The notes beneath the pieces are model-generated. The model saw nothing but the letters and a program-made list of their open reading frames with translations. It was not told the DNA's origin and did not search any database. Below, in pieces: positions 21,235 through 31,412 of a stretch of DNA of 36,469 nucleotides. Origin of the DNA: Stramenopiles sp. TOSAG23-2 (Eukaryota); the NCBI GenBank assembly GCA_900128395.1, contig LT649337.1, forward strand, positions 1 through 36,469, read 5' to 3'. Positions within the stretch are counted from its first letter, which is position 1. Each line of letters begins with the position of its first letter. A program made the position numbers and the translations under genes.

Positions 21235-21475
21235 GTTGTACGTATATGTGTCTATATTTTATGTATATCTTCCAGTTTGTTATTTATTCTTTCGATATGG
21301 TTCGTTCTACAATATATATAATGTATTGCTTCCCCAACATACATATGCACATATAATATAGAATATACTATACAATTAGTCGTTCTTACTTTCCCTCTCT
21401 GCAACCTCTCTTCATCAATGTTTTGTCATGTGCTCATTCATCATTCCTGGCATTCAAAATAATTATTAAACAACT

Positions 21476-22144
21476 AAAATATAAAATGTTGGTTCAAGGC
21501 TCCTCCTTAACAATACTATTCTTTGTACTTAAATTTCAAAAAAATCCTATCTTTTTCATAAATGACACTTTATCGATAGGTATCCTACTTCACTTACAAT
21601 ACTCTCGAGTAAAACCTTTAAAACAGGCTCCTCCTTAACAATACTATTCTTTGTACTTAAATTTCAAAAAAATCCTATCTTTTTCATAAATGACACTTTA
21701 TCGATAGGTATCCTACTTCACTTACAATACTCTCGAGTAAAACCTTTAAAACTTTTCCGTCAAAAACCTTACTTTTAAGGAGGTTGAATAATACAAATAG
21801 GACAGGGTACTTCTTACATTATCAAGCATGAAATTAGGCCTCTGTCGACCAACGGGAGACCCTCCTCTAGTTAAAAATATAAAATGTTGGTTCAAGGCTC
21901 CTCCTTAACAATACTATTCTTTGTACTTAAATTTCAAAAAAATCCTATCTTTTTCATAAATGACACTTTATCGATAGGTATCCTACTTCACTTACAATAC
22001 TCTCGAGTAAAACCTTTAAAACTTTTCCGTCAAAAACCTTACTTTTAAGGAGGTTGAATAATACAAATAGGACAGGGTACTTCTTACATTATCAAGCATG
22101 AAATTAGGCCTCTGTCGACCAACGGGAGACCCTCCTCTAGTTAA
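21476..22144. repeat. Nested exact direct repeats: a 128-nt block present three times and a ~250-nt block (270-nt period) present twice
   Basis: AGGCTCCTCC...CCTTTAAAAC starts at 21497, 21625 and 21895; the block ending CCTCCTCTAGTTAA ends at 21874 and 22144. Confidence 0.9.
21981..22140 (+). mobile_element. Possible non-autonomous mini-Helitron (also at 21711-21870)
   Basis: A|TCCTAC... start, a degenerate subterminal hairpin TCTGTCG-AC-CAACGGG, a 10-nt spacer and a CTAG|T end. The hairpin is imperfect and the 5' end is ambiguous. Confidence 0.3.
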
Positions 22145-22497
22145 TAATAATAAATAATAAATACTATTTACAATAGGAAAATCCAGGTGGACTTGGTACA
22201 AATTAAAGTAGAATAGTAATATGAAGTGTGACAATACAAATATTTCTCCTTAAATTCAATTAAAAACCAAAAAAATTGAAAAGAGTGTACTGGAGTATAG
22301 TCCTCGTAGCTCTACTTTAACAACCAAAATCAGTTTTATAACAACCACATACAGTAATATAAAAGAACAACTATATGTAGCTACTCCGGGTACCTGAGCA
22401 TATAAACTTAGCACTGCGAGCGAAGCGTATATATAAAATAATTCTCTAATTAGTGTATAATATATTATATATACTACGAAGTACTATATAGCGTGTG

Positions 22498-22517
22498 GTA
22501 GAGAGGATCCTCTCTAC
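22498..22517. repeat. Perfect 20-bp palindrome GTAGAGAGGATCCTCTCTAC (copy 2)
   Basis: Self-complementary; the 18-bp core is identical to 5736-5753. Confidence 0.9.
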
Positions 22518-22778
22518 GATACATAATAAGTTAACGTATCTAGCTGGCTAGCGTGTCTTAATAGCGTCGGAGGACAAACTCTTTTCGTAAATACTAATAC
22601 GAGTATATATTATTTTTAATTTTATACAACAACTATAATACTCGTACGTGCGGCTTCGTACTAAAATACTATTTTGAACTATGCATACTACTACAAGTAG
22701 AAAAAAAAATATTTACGAAAGTACATGTATATATACTAATATTTATTTTGTACAGAGTCGCTATTACTCGTCATATAT

Positions 22779-25700
22779 TTACATTCGATAGTTTGTGAAT
22801 AAAAATAACACGAACGCTAATATATGACTAACTCGTAAACTATTGTAGCTAAATGTCAAACTACCAATACCTTTGTAAGTTGGGTGTGCGCATGCAACAT
22901 CTACATCTGGGCAAATGTAATATCCAGCTGTAGCTTTACCACCCCAGAAAAGCCCATATATGTCAGTATTTAAACCTCTCGACATCTCTTTTTCCAGGGC
23001 ACCACTCCATGACATTAAGACATCCCTTGTTTCATTAATTCCATCGAAAGTTGAGGTTAATGAAATCATAGCATGCCCATATCGTATTGGAAGTTCATTT
23101 TCTACTACGTGATACCCTTTAAAGCCTGGCAAGCCTGCTAAAGAATCAAACGGAAGAAATGGAATAGCAAAATGTGTCATGTGCCAGGATCCGCGTGTAT
23201 TTCCAAATTGCTTCCAGATCAAAGTTGTATTGTATGGAGAATCCAACGTTATCATGTACATATCGTTTAATACGGATTGGCCATCCCAACCGCCATACAC
23301 AAACAAGTAATTGCCGGAATCACGCTTTAAAGTACTCATTGCTTGTTGCCACCTCTTTCGCGGTATGTCTCCATCCGTTTTTACTTCGGTCCATTTAAAT
23401 GCTTGTTTGTCTTGGTTGCGAGCAGGAAGCGTTAACTCCCACAAGTCATTTCTCCCTCTACCATCTACACTACTAAATCCACCAAAAACTAACATTCGAT
23501 ATCTGTCTTTGCTGTATCCATCGCCTTGCTCATAATTGCCAAATTTAGACACTGTGTGAAAATAACGTGGAGCAGGAGGAGCACCAGTTATTGTTTCATC
23601 GATTTTCCTCCATTTGTTTATTTTATGAAAATTCGGGAAAAATGCATGCTTTGTCCAATTGATATTTGAGCAAGGCATGTAATCAATATCACCAACTTCA
23701 AACCCGAATCGAGGGCGGATTACGTATTCGGTTGATGGTACTTGAATTAATTCATAGGAGTTTCCAGTACTAACAATTTTTGTTTTACACGATCTATTTA
23801 ATGGTGCATTCCCAAGTTGTTCTTGCACAGATAAAGTCCAAAGATCGTTTAAACTATTGTTTCCATTCCAACCCCCAAACATAACCATTTGCGCACCCTC
23901 GCCCCAAGTGCTGCTGTTTGATTCATAAGAGTCCGATAAAATCTTCGTGGCGGTGTTATTTCCTTGTAAAACGGCTATTCCATCCTCCTCGATTGTATCT
24001 CGTAAATAAAATTGTTCAAGAATCAGAAATTTTTCATAGCTGTATGGTGTATGGTATTGTGGGCCAAGATAACAATTTAACGAAGTCGAAAAACCACATT
24101 CCCATGCATCCCAAAAAGCTATATAACAGTTTTTAGATTGGCTGCTATCATATCCACAACCGGTGCTTATGTTAGAACCGCAAACTTTACTGATAGTACT
24201 AGGTAGACTGCATGTAGTAGTACTACCATCGGGGCATTTGTCCGCGCATATATATGCACATACTTCAGAACATAAATGAGAACCTCCCTCATCTCGTCTC
24301 AACACTGCTGTACTATTGTATGTAATCCCTTCGGGCATAATAAAATCAATTTGGCTTCTTTCAACGCGTATCGGCTCTGTCCAGAACGAGTCATTAACTA
24401 GTCTAGATTGGTTCATCTCGGCATAGTGAGAATCAGTGTGAGATGATACTTCTTGAGTAATATCGTTGTAAAAAACTTCGCGAGACTTGTTCCCTTTCAT
24501 GATTACATAATATGGTGAAATGCCATTCTTTTTACAGTTACATCCACAATGTTTAGCCTCGTATTGACAATCAGAAGCAGCTTGAGCATCAGTTAAAAAT
24601 GCTATGGTAAGATCACTCTCTCTTTCAGTCATGTATAAGTGCGGCATGTCACAAAAAGGCAATTTAGCATCTAAACCATGGCATTCTGGAACTGTTTTAA
24701 ATTCAATGGTGACAACATTACTTCCCGTTTTCGAACACACCTCAGGTAAATGCTCGATGGGGCCACTATTCTCGCACACACATTGCTGGTTGTATTCTGG
24801 TGTACCTTTTGTACCTGAATCACAAAAAACAGAAACTCTAGAATTATGACCATCAGTCTTACATTTTTGTCTGGCCTGGCACGCGATTTCTCCCCGACCG
24901 GTGCAACCACCACCAAAATTTACACTATCATGCCATTCCAATTGCTCCTCTTTCTTAGCTTCTCCTAAAGCTAATATACTAACAGAATATCCTAAATTAA
25001 TTGTGACTTTGACATCCTGGCCAAATGCTCTTAAAAATTCTTCTTCTACCTCTTCTGCTATTGCATTTTGTGGGATCCAATCGGTTGTATTTTTGCAAAT
25101 GCGAGAATCACTCCATGCCTCTCCCCATCTTAACTGCGGTTGAGCATCAATTTCAGCTTTTTTAGATACACAATCAAATGCGAGTTTGAATTTGTCTGGA
25201 AATTGCCATGTACTTCTACAAACTTCATCTTGCCCCGCCTCGGGAAAAAAGACCCGTGTACCATCTTTGCTTGTTATCTCCCTTTTTAACATTCTTATCG
25301 CATCTGTCCTGCCACTAATAGCTTCTGCGCTACCTGGGATCGCACAACTAAGTTTATTTTGGTCCTTACCTTGAGAGTCTCTAGCTGGAGCCTTTGTAGC
25401 AGAGCACTGAAACGATTGGAGCTCCCTTTGCAAAAGTATTTTTCTTTGCATTGTAAAATGGGGATCCCATGTACATCCCTCGATCCAATCTCCCTCGCAC
25501 GTTTCTCTGTCGGGTACTGTACAAGGATTGTTAGGACGATCATGACACTTACAACAGTCCTGGGCATATATTTTTGCAATGTCACCTTGTGCTGATATCA
25601 AATCGTCAGCCGTTGCTCGCACAGGATCAGAGATCTGTCTTGAATAAGTTCGATGTGCAACTTTAGTATAACTTTCCTTAAATGCATGAACTGCTACATG

Positions 25701-27602
25701 CCCACTTCTTGGCTGTGGTATTACTTCCTCTACCTGTAGTCCATTTTTAATACAGTCTTTGTCTCTAGGATTACATGTAGAATCGCAAGTAGCCCCAAAA
25801 TAGCCCCTGACGCAAAAGCAGATGCCGGCTTGGCATTCTCCATGACCACTACACTTCTCTAATGCCTCGCATCCAAGCGCTCCGTCTTCAACTTCACGTA
25901 CAGTGTAATTTGCATCAAAACCGCTATGTGATGGACACATGTTTTCATAATACATTTTAATCACCATCTTCCCTTTAATACCGGCAAATCTTGTGGTGGG
26001 CATTATTTTTGTGGAACATCCGTGAAACAGAACTGTTCCCCCTGTTGTAACATTATATTCATTCATAGCAGTTACATTGCTAGTGTCTGTAATGGTAACA
26101 TAGCTTTCACATGTAAATGGAGGGTTTGCTAAATCTAACCTTTGTACATCTAAAACAATAATGTAGTTTTTCGATGTGATATTTGGTTCAATTATCCACA
26201 AACATTCTGTCTGCGGTAACAGCTTGCCAGAATGTAGCTCGCCTTTCATATCTACAAATCTATTATTCTTCGGGCAAATTCTGCGTGGTGGATATACCTC
26301 ATCGCTTGCATATACCTTCATACATAGAAATTCGGACGACATTTCCTCCATGTATGCTGGGGCATTTGTTGGGAGACTTGGAATTGGCAATTTTGCCAAA
26401 TACCAAACAGAATTTGATAAAGAAGTTTTTGTTTCGCCTCCAAACGTAACCATGATCCCATCACTCATCACCCCTGTGTCCCTGTACATAAAGGTGGAAA
26501 CATGGGCAAATCGCCCGATATTTATGTCTAATGATTTTCCTATGTAACGATCGATCAAATCAGGACACCATTGGGTATATTGTAATGTTGCTTTTTCTTG
26601 GTTTAAAGATCGATCAATTTCATTCTGAAAGTAACGACAATCTGTGATCCCCCGTCCTTCCGGTTTCGGATTTAATTTATGCCATCTTCCACAGCGATTA
26701 CATTGCAAAACATTTTTCGACTCGCATGATTGTGCTAGGGTATCACCATCTAAATTTTTTGCCATGAAAGCAAACTTTCTGATCACCTGAAGTTCTGTAT
26801 CAAGCATTTGTGTGCCATCGATTAATCCTCGAATGAATAACCACATGTCGTCTTTAACACCACCGTTCAAACCGCCATATGCCAAGGCATAGGGCTTCAT
26901 AATTAAATTTCCACTACCTGTGAAAGTACTCTGGGTGGAAATAGCTAAAAAAGTAAATTGTGTTCTAGGACCAGGCCATGAAAAACATTGGCTGTGTGCA
27001 AGTCCTTCAGATTCTTTTGGTGTGTAGTAACGTCCCCTATAATATTCGAAATAACTTAAGCCAATATCTTGCGCCCAATAACGAAACTCATCTATCTTTT
27101 GATTTTCAATTTGAGGATCTGGCTTGTTTTGATATATCTTCGCATTTTCAGACATAAGCTTCCTTCCACTTATATTCAATTGCATAAGTCGTCGAACTCT
27201 TTCTTTGTGAATAGCAGCATGTTTCTGCTTTTTATAGTAATACGAGCTATAATTTATGAGTAATAAAACCACGATACTGTATATTACAACTTGGTATGTA
27301 CAATGTTGTTGATAAATACTAGTAAAATTGAAGACTGTGCTTTTAGTATTACCTGTTACATGTCTATTTTCGCTGTTGCGGTGCCTTCCTCTTCGTCTTC
27401 TTTTTTTGTTCATTTTATTAATGGAATAGTTGGTTGAAGAGTCATCAATGAAATCATAGTTCCTATCCCCGCGTTCCTTTGTTTCCTCATCGGAAAAAGC
27501 TATTCTTTTCTCATCCTGTATATTTCTCTCCTTTACTATGCCAACATTTTCCTTCTTAATATTATGAATTTTATTGCCTTTGAAGCGTTTTCGTAAAGAC
27601 AT
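22779..27602 (-). CDS. Attractin/MEGF8-like extracellular protein: N-terminal TM, kelch repeats, CUB, EGF, Cys-rich insert and hydrophobic C-terminus (1607 aa)
   Basis: Kelch signatures LAYGG, VTFGG, VMFGG, LVFGG, FVYGG and MSWSG with PxxRxxH starts and NDLW. CUB: CLWII..GFDANY. EGF: CSGHGECQAGICFCVRGYFGATC. Confidence 0.82.
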   Translation of the reverse strand: MSLRKRFKGNKIHNIKKENVGIVKERNIQDEKRIAFSDEETKERGDRNYDFIDDSSTNYSINKMNKKRRRRGRHRNSENRHVTGNTKSTVFNFTSIYQQHCTYQVVIYSIVVLLLINYSSYYYKKQKHAAIHKERVRRLMQLNISGRKLMSENAKIYQNKPDPQIENQKIDEFRYWAQDIGLSYFEYYRGRYYTPKESEGLAHSQCFSWPGPRTQFTFLAISTQSTFTGSGNLIMKPYALAYGGLNGGVKDDMWLFIRGLIDGTQMLDTELQVIRKFAFMAKNLDGDTLAQSCESKNVLQCNRCGRWHKLNPKPEGRGITDCRYFQNEIDRSLNQEKATLQYTQWCPDLIDRYIGKSLDINIGRFAHVSTFMYRDTGVMSDGIMVTFGGETKTSLSNSVWYLAKLPIPSLPTNAPAYMEEMSSEFLCMKVYASDEVYPPRRICPKNNRFVDMKGELHSGKLLPQTECLWIIEPNITSKNYIIVLDVQRLDLANPPFTCESYVTITDTSNVTAMNEYNVTTGGTVLFHGCSTKIMPTTRFAGIKGKMVIKMYYENMCPSHSGFDANYTVREVEDGALGCEALEKCSGHGECQAGICFCVRGYFGATCDSTCNPRDKDCIKNGLQVEEVIPQPRSGHVAVHAFKESYTKVAHRTYSRQISDPVRATADDLISAQGDIAKIYAQDCCKCHDRPNNPCTVPDRETCEGDWIEGCTWDPHFTMQRKILLQRELQSFQCSATKAPARDSQGKDQNKLSCAIPGSAEAISGRTDAIRMLKREITSKDGTRVFFPEAGQDEVCRSTWQFPDKFKLAFDCVSKKAEIDAQPQLRWGEAWSDSRICKNTTDWIPQNAIAEEVEEEFLRAFGQDVKVTINLGYSVSILALGEAKKEEQLEWHDSVNFGGGCTGRGEIACQARQKCKTDGHNSRVSVFCDSGTKGTPEYNQQCVCENSGPIEHLPEVCSKTGSNVVTIEFKTVPECHGLDAKLPFCDMPHLYMTERESDLTIAFLTDAQAASDCQYEAKHCGCNCKKNGISPYYVIMKGNKSREVFYNDITQEVSSHTDSHYAEMNQSRLVNDSFWTEPIRVERSQIDFIMPEGITYNSTAVLRRDEGGSHLCSEVCAYICADKCPDGSTTTCSLPSTISKVCGSNISTGCGYDSSQSKNCYIAFWDAWECGFSTSLNCYLGPQYHTPYSYEKFLILEQFYLRDTIEEDGIAVLQGNNTATKILSDSYESNSSTWGEGAQMVMFGGWNGNNSLNDLWTLSVQEQLGNAPLNRSCKTKIVSTGNSYELIQVPSTEYVIRPRFGFEVGDIDYMPCSNINWTKHAFFPNFHKINKWRKIDETITGAPPAPRYFHTVSKFGNYEQGDGYSKDRYRMLVFGGFSSVDGRGRNDLWELTLPARNQDKQAFKWTEVKTDGDIPRKRWQQAMSTLKRDSGNYLFVYGGWDGQSVLNDMYMITLDSPYNTTLIWKQFGNTRGSWHMTHFAIPFLPFDSLAGLPGFKGYHVVENELPIRYGHAMISLTSTFDGINETRDVLMSWSGALEKEMSRGLNTDIYGLFWGGKATAGYYICPDVDVACAHPTYKGIGSLTFSYNSLRVSHILAFVLFLFTNYRM

Positions 27603-28509
27603 ATTGTGGTTATCGTTATATGATGTACAATGTATGTATGTACAAATTTATTGTATCTACAAAATATCTCTGTTGATCTTCTATTCCATAGAAAATGAAG
27701 AAGGTGAAGAATATATATATGTATATATATATATATATAGACTAATCAATATTAATTAGTAGTAGCCTAATAATATTTGTTGTTGTTGTTATTAATAAAT
27801 AATATTATTAGTATATATTATTATTATTATTTTATTATTATTATTATTATTTTAATACTATTTTATTACTATTATATTATTATACCTCTATTATTACGAG
27901 ACGTAGTCCATCAGTATAGTCTATAGCCTACTGTTGCTACTATTAATAATATCTGGTCTATTGTTTTATTGTTTTATTTATATTTTACTGTAATAGTAAA
28001 TATTAATATAACTGTAATTCTTAGTACTAAGAACTAAGAACTGATTTAGAACTGTGTAATATTAATAATGTGTAATGTGCTAATGTATTAATTCATAATT
28101 CATAATACCTGGTGATAAGTGATAAACACAACAACAAAAAACTAAAACACTGTCATCTTCAGTTTCCACGAATATATCACAACTCTTCGAGGATACGTAA
28201 TCTCCTGCTATTATTCTATTAACATTGGACAGTACCGTAAAAAAGCACCAATTCCTTCCATTTTCCACATTCCCTTAAAAGACCACATATATTTTTTATT
28301 TTTTTTTTGTTTTGCACCCGCCCCCTTAGCTTAGGCCCGCCCAAGTTGAAAAAAATAATTGAATAAATATATCCTATACAGAGGCATGTACATAGTTCGA
28401 TTGTTGTTATTTTTACATAACATATATATATATATTATATATATCGTTGCTATTAGTGTTAAGCAAATATATATATAAATACATATACACAAACATTTCT
28501 ATAAGGATA

Positions 28510-29922
28510 ATGCGGATGAAACTTAGTTATTATTGTCTATTTATAGTAATATCAACATTTCTTCATGTATTGATACATTATACATTAGCTGATGTTTCGC
28601 CTTCACCAAAAGTAAAAACGTTGATTATGTTAAATAGAATAGAAGAGAAAGAGAAATATTCGAATTTTTTCAACAGCTTGATTAAACGAAGGCATGCGTT
28701 GTTTTTCAAATCTGCTTCTGATGAATCTACTGTATTAGAAAGTCATGGAAAATCTCTGTATAATAATGTTATCATTTTTGCTCCAGGAGTTGACGAGTTT
28801 GGAGGATTTGAAGTATCTGATTTAGAACATTTTGTCAATCAACATGCTGGCAACGTACTTATAGGATTGGACAAAAGTGCTGGACATGCTATTCGACAAT
28901 TTGTTAAACGGTGTGGTGCAAAGATCCCCAAAAAAGGCGCTGAAGTCATTGACCATTTTTCATTTTGGGAAAATTCAACAGTAAATCAAAATTATAATGT
29001 AGGTGAACGTGACAATGAAGTTGATAATGTGAATCCTCATACTATTGTATACGGTGGAAAATTACTTTCGAATGATATTTTATTAATGAAACATCAACGT
29101 TTGGATGGCACAAGTGCAAGTGGAAAAGTTTCATCTATGTCACAAATTTTGTTTAAAGGTACTCATTTACTGTTAAATACGAAAAAGAAAGGAAGTTTGT
29201 TATTTGGTATATTGCGTGCAAAACGAACTACTTATTCTGCTGATGACAAAAAAGAAATTAAAAATATTGAATCAAAAAATACAGGAAAAAGAATTGTCCT
29301 TATAGGAGGTTTACAAGCAAGAAATAATGCACGTATAATCATTTCTGGATCAAATGCAATGTTTGCTAACGAATTTTCTAGTAACAATCAAGATTTTATT
29401 GCGTCGATAACGAAATGGAATTTCCTAGAAACTGGAAAAATACGTGTTAGTTTCAGGAAGCACAAGCTGGAAGAGAATAATAATAGTCAAAATATACTTT
29501 TGGCTTCAACTACAGAAGACCATTCTGTTTACACTGTAACTAATCGAATTAAATATTCTTTAATGGTTGAGGAATATAGGCACAGTAATAATAAATGGAT
29601 ACCATTCATTGGAGAGGATTTACAATTGGAACTAGTTTTACTTGACCCTGTGTTACGCATGAATTTAAAACATGATGGTAATGGTCGTTATAGTACAATA
29701 TTTGATCTACCGAATCAATTTGGTATTTATAAGCTAAGGTTTGTATATGATCGCTCACCTTCATATACAATCATTGAAACAGTGGATACAATAACTGTCC
29801 GACCAAAAAAGTTAAAACAATACTCAAAATTTATATCGTTGTCATATCCATATTTTATTTCCGTTGTAACATTGCAAATTGGTTGGGTATTTTTTGGAGC
29901 AAAGTTATATTTTTATCTATAA
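28510..29922 (+). CDS. DDOST: Oligosaccharyltransferase 48-kDa subunit (OST48/WBP1/DDOST)-like protein
   Basis: Signal peptide, YSNFFNSL, LYNNVIIFAP, VIDHF, LQARNNARIIISGS..F, DLQLELVLLDP, FDLPNQFGIYK, TVRP and SYPYF before a C-terminal TM. First in-frame ATG is at 28510. Confidence 0.9.
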   Translation: MRMKLSYYCLFIVISTFLHVLIHYTLADVSPSPKVKTLIMLNRIEEKEKYSNFFNSLIKRRHALFFKSASDESTVLESHGKSLYNNVIIFAPGVDEFGGFEVSDLEHFVNQHAGNVLIGLDKSAGHAIRQFVKRCGAKIPKKGAEVIDHFSFWENSTVNQNYNVGERDNEVDNVNPHTIVYGGKLLSNDILLMKHQRLDGTSASGKVSSMSQILFKGTHLLLNTKKKGSLLFGILRAKRTTYSADDKKEIKNIESKNTGKRIVLIGGLQARNNARIIISGSNAMFANEFSSNNQDFIASITKWNFLETGKIRVSFRKHKLEENNNSQNILLASTTEDHSVYTVTNRIKYSLMVEEYRHSNNKWIPFIGEDLQLELVLLDPVLRMNLKHDGNGRYSTIFDLPNQFGIYKLRFVYDRSPSYTIIETVDTITVRPKKLKQYSKFISLSYPYFISVVTLQIGWVFFGAKLYFYL

Positions 29923-30073
29923 AACTTTTATTAAAAAAGCAATTTTTTAAAATATCAAAATATTATATACTTCAGTACGAAGGCTATAATGTGATATGAT
30001 ATGATATGTGTGTGATAAATTATGATACGAAGCGTACAAATATTTTTTATATGATATATAATTTTACTCTCTC

Positions 30074-31060
30074 TCATGACCGAACCCTACCTCCGATTTT
30101 CTTTACGGGCTTTCCATCTTTATATTTTATGACACCACTAAAGTTCTTAGTATTTATAGCAGGTTTTGCAATGTTATTGTTTCTAGATGATGAAGACACT
30201 GGTCTCCAAGGAGATTCTTGTGCATAATCATCATTCTCGTTTAACCAGTTTTCGAAATCACTTTTTTTCTTAGATGATGAATTTACTTTTAATTTTCTTC
30301 GTTGCAGTGGTGAAGTATATGTCTGTTGCATCTTATTTTCCCCTGTTTCTATAGTTGACGAGAGCCTTTTCATATTACGTTTAGGGTCGACTGTTTTACA
30401 TATTCCGCATTGCATTTGAGTGGATGAATTAATGGCATTGCATGATGGGCAAACCCAAGCACGGTATTCGTTCAAACGATTTTGTATCTGAGTATGGTCC
30501 TGATATAATTTATCGTATTTCAACTTCAAATTGGCATCTTCTTCTCTCATTTTTTCAATTTTCTTTAAATAAGCTTCATTTACATTTTGTATTTCCTTTG
30601 CAATACTCTCTTTCATTTGGTTTAATGATGTCTGCATCTCCTTCTTTGCTAATGTTTGTTCATGTTTCCACTGTTCTTGTTCTAGCCGATGTTTATGTTG
30701 AATCATTTCTATTTGCATTTTTTGCTTTTCCTCTTCTAATTGCTTCTTTTGATATTGCAACTCATGATCAATATGACTAACCGATGTAGTAGTATCTGTT
30801 ACATTTGGATTTTTATCATTATTTGCATGTAAAACCATAGCTAGCTGTTGCTGATGTTGTATATGTTGAGCTTCTAATAATGCAAACCTTTTTTCCATTT
30901 CGTTTTCAACAATTAAATTACGTTTCATTGCTTCGAATTGTCGTTTCATTTCGTTTTGAATCCGTTGCGATTGCAACAATGCTTGCTTTTCAACAACACG
31001 CACGCACACAAATAAATCAACACGCACACACACAAATAAATCAACACAACACGCACGCAC
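30074..31060 (-). CDS. Coiled-coil protein with a RanBP2-type zinc finger; 5' end uncertain
   Basis: Q/E/K-rich heptads, then WVCPSCNAINSSTQMQCGIC (W-x-C-x2-C-x3-N-x6-C-x2-C). The ORF's first ~25 codons are a translated simple repeat; the first in-frame ATG is at 30949. Confidence 0.7.
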   Translation of the reverse strand: MRACCVDLFVCVRVDLFVCVRVVEKQALLQSQRIQNEMKRQFEAMKRNLIVENEMEKRFALLEAQHIQHQQQLAMVLHANNDKNPNVTDTTTSVSHIDHELQYQKKQLEEEKQKMQIEMIQHKHRLEQEQWKHEQTLAKKEMQTSLNQMKESIAKEIQNVNEAYLKKIEKMREEDANLKLKYDKLYQDHTQIQNRLNEYRAWVCPSCNAINSSTQMQCGICKTVDPKRNMKRLSSTIETGENKMQQTYTSPLQRRKLKVNSSSKKKSDFENWLNENDDYAQESPWRPVSSSSRNNNIAKPAINTKNFSGVIKYKDGKPVKKIGGRVRS

Positions 31061-31078
31061 ACAAATAAATCAACAACA
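30991..31078. repeat. Minisatellite, about 3 copies of CAACACGCACGCACACAAATAAAT
   Basis: Directly visible ~24-29 nt period. Confidence 0.85.
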
Positions 31079-31412
31079 AAAGGAATGAACGACACGAACG
31101 ACACGACGAGAGAAGGAAAAGGTTGTTTTGATGCAGTAAATGGACCTTTTCCCCACCTTCTGCGTACACATTTCCGCTAATTTATTATTATTAATACCTT
31201 AAATATTATTTATTATTATTTATTTTTAGCTCCTTTTTAGTTACAATTGTTTATCATCAATTCCACGTCATACTTATCAGTATACTAAATGTGCTATATT
31301 CCTATTAATTCAGAGAAAAAAATAATAATTATCAAAATGATTAAAAATGATTTTATATAAAATGGTGGTTATAAAACAATCGAAGAAACTAAATAACGAG
31401 CTTGTGGTAAAA

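Noticed and set aside
21476-22144. Repeat cluster as a CRISPR array
   Set aside because: Units are over 100 nt with no unique spacers, there are no cas genes and the context is eukaryotic.
22172-22350. AGGAAAATCCAGG resembles the RNase P/MRP CR-I motif
   Set aside because: No convincing CR-V partner for the P4 helix; an Infernal scan would be needed.
28080-28268. 62-aa minus-strand ORF between the kelch gene and OST48
   Set aside because: Non-ATG start, no recognisable motif; cannot be supported as a gene.
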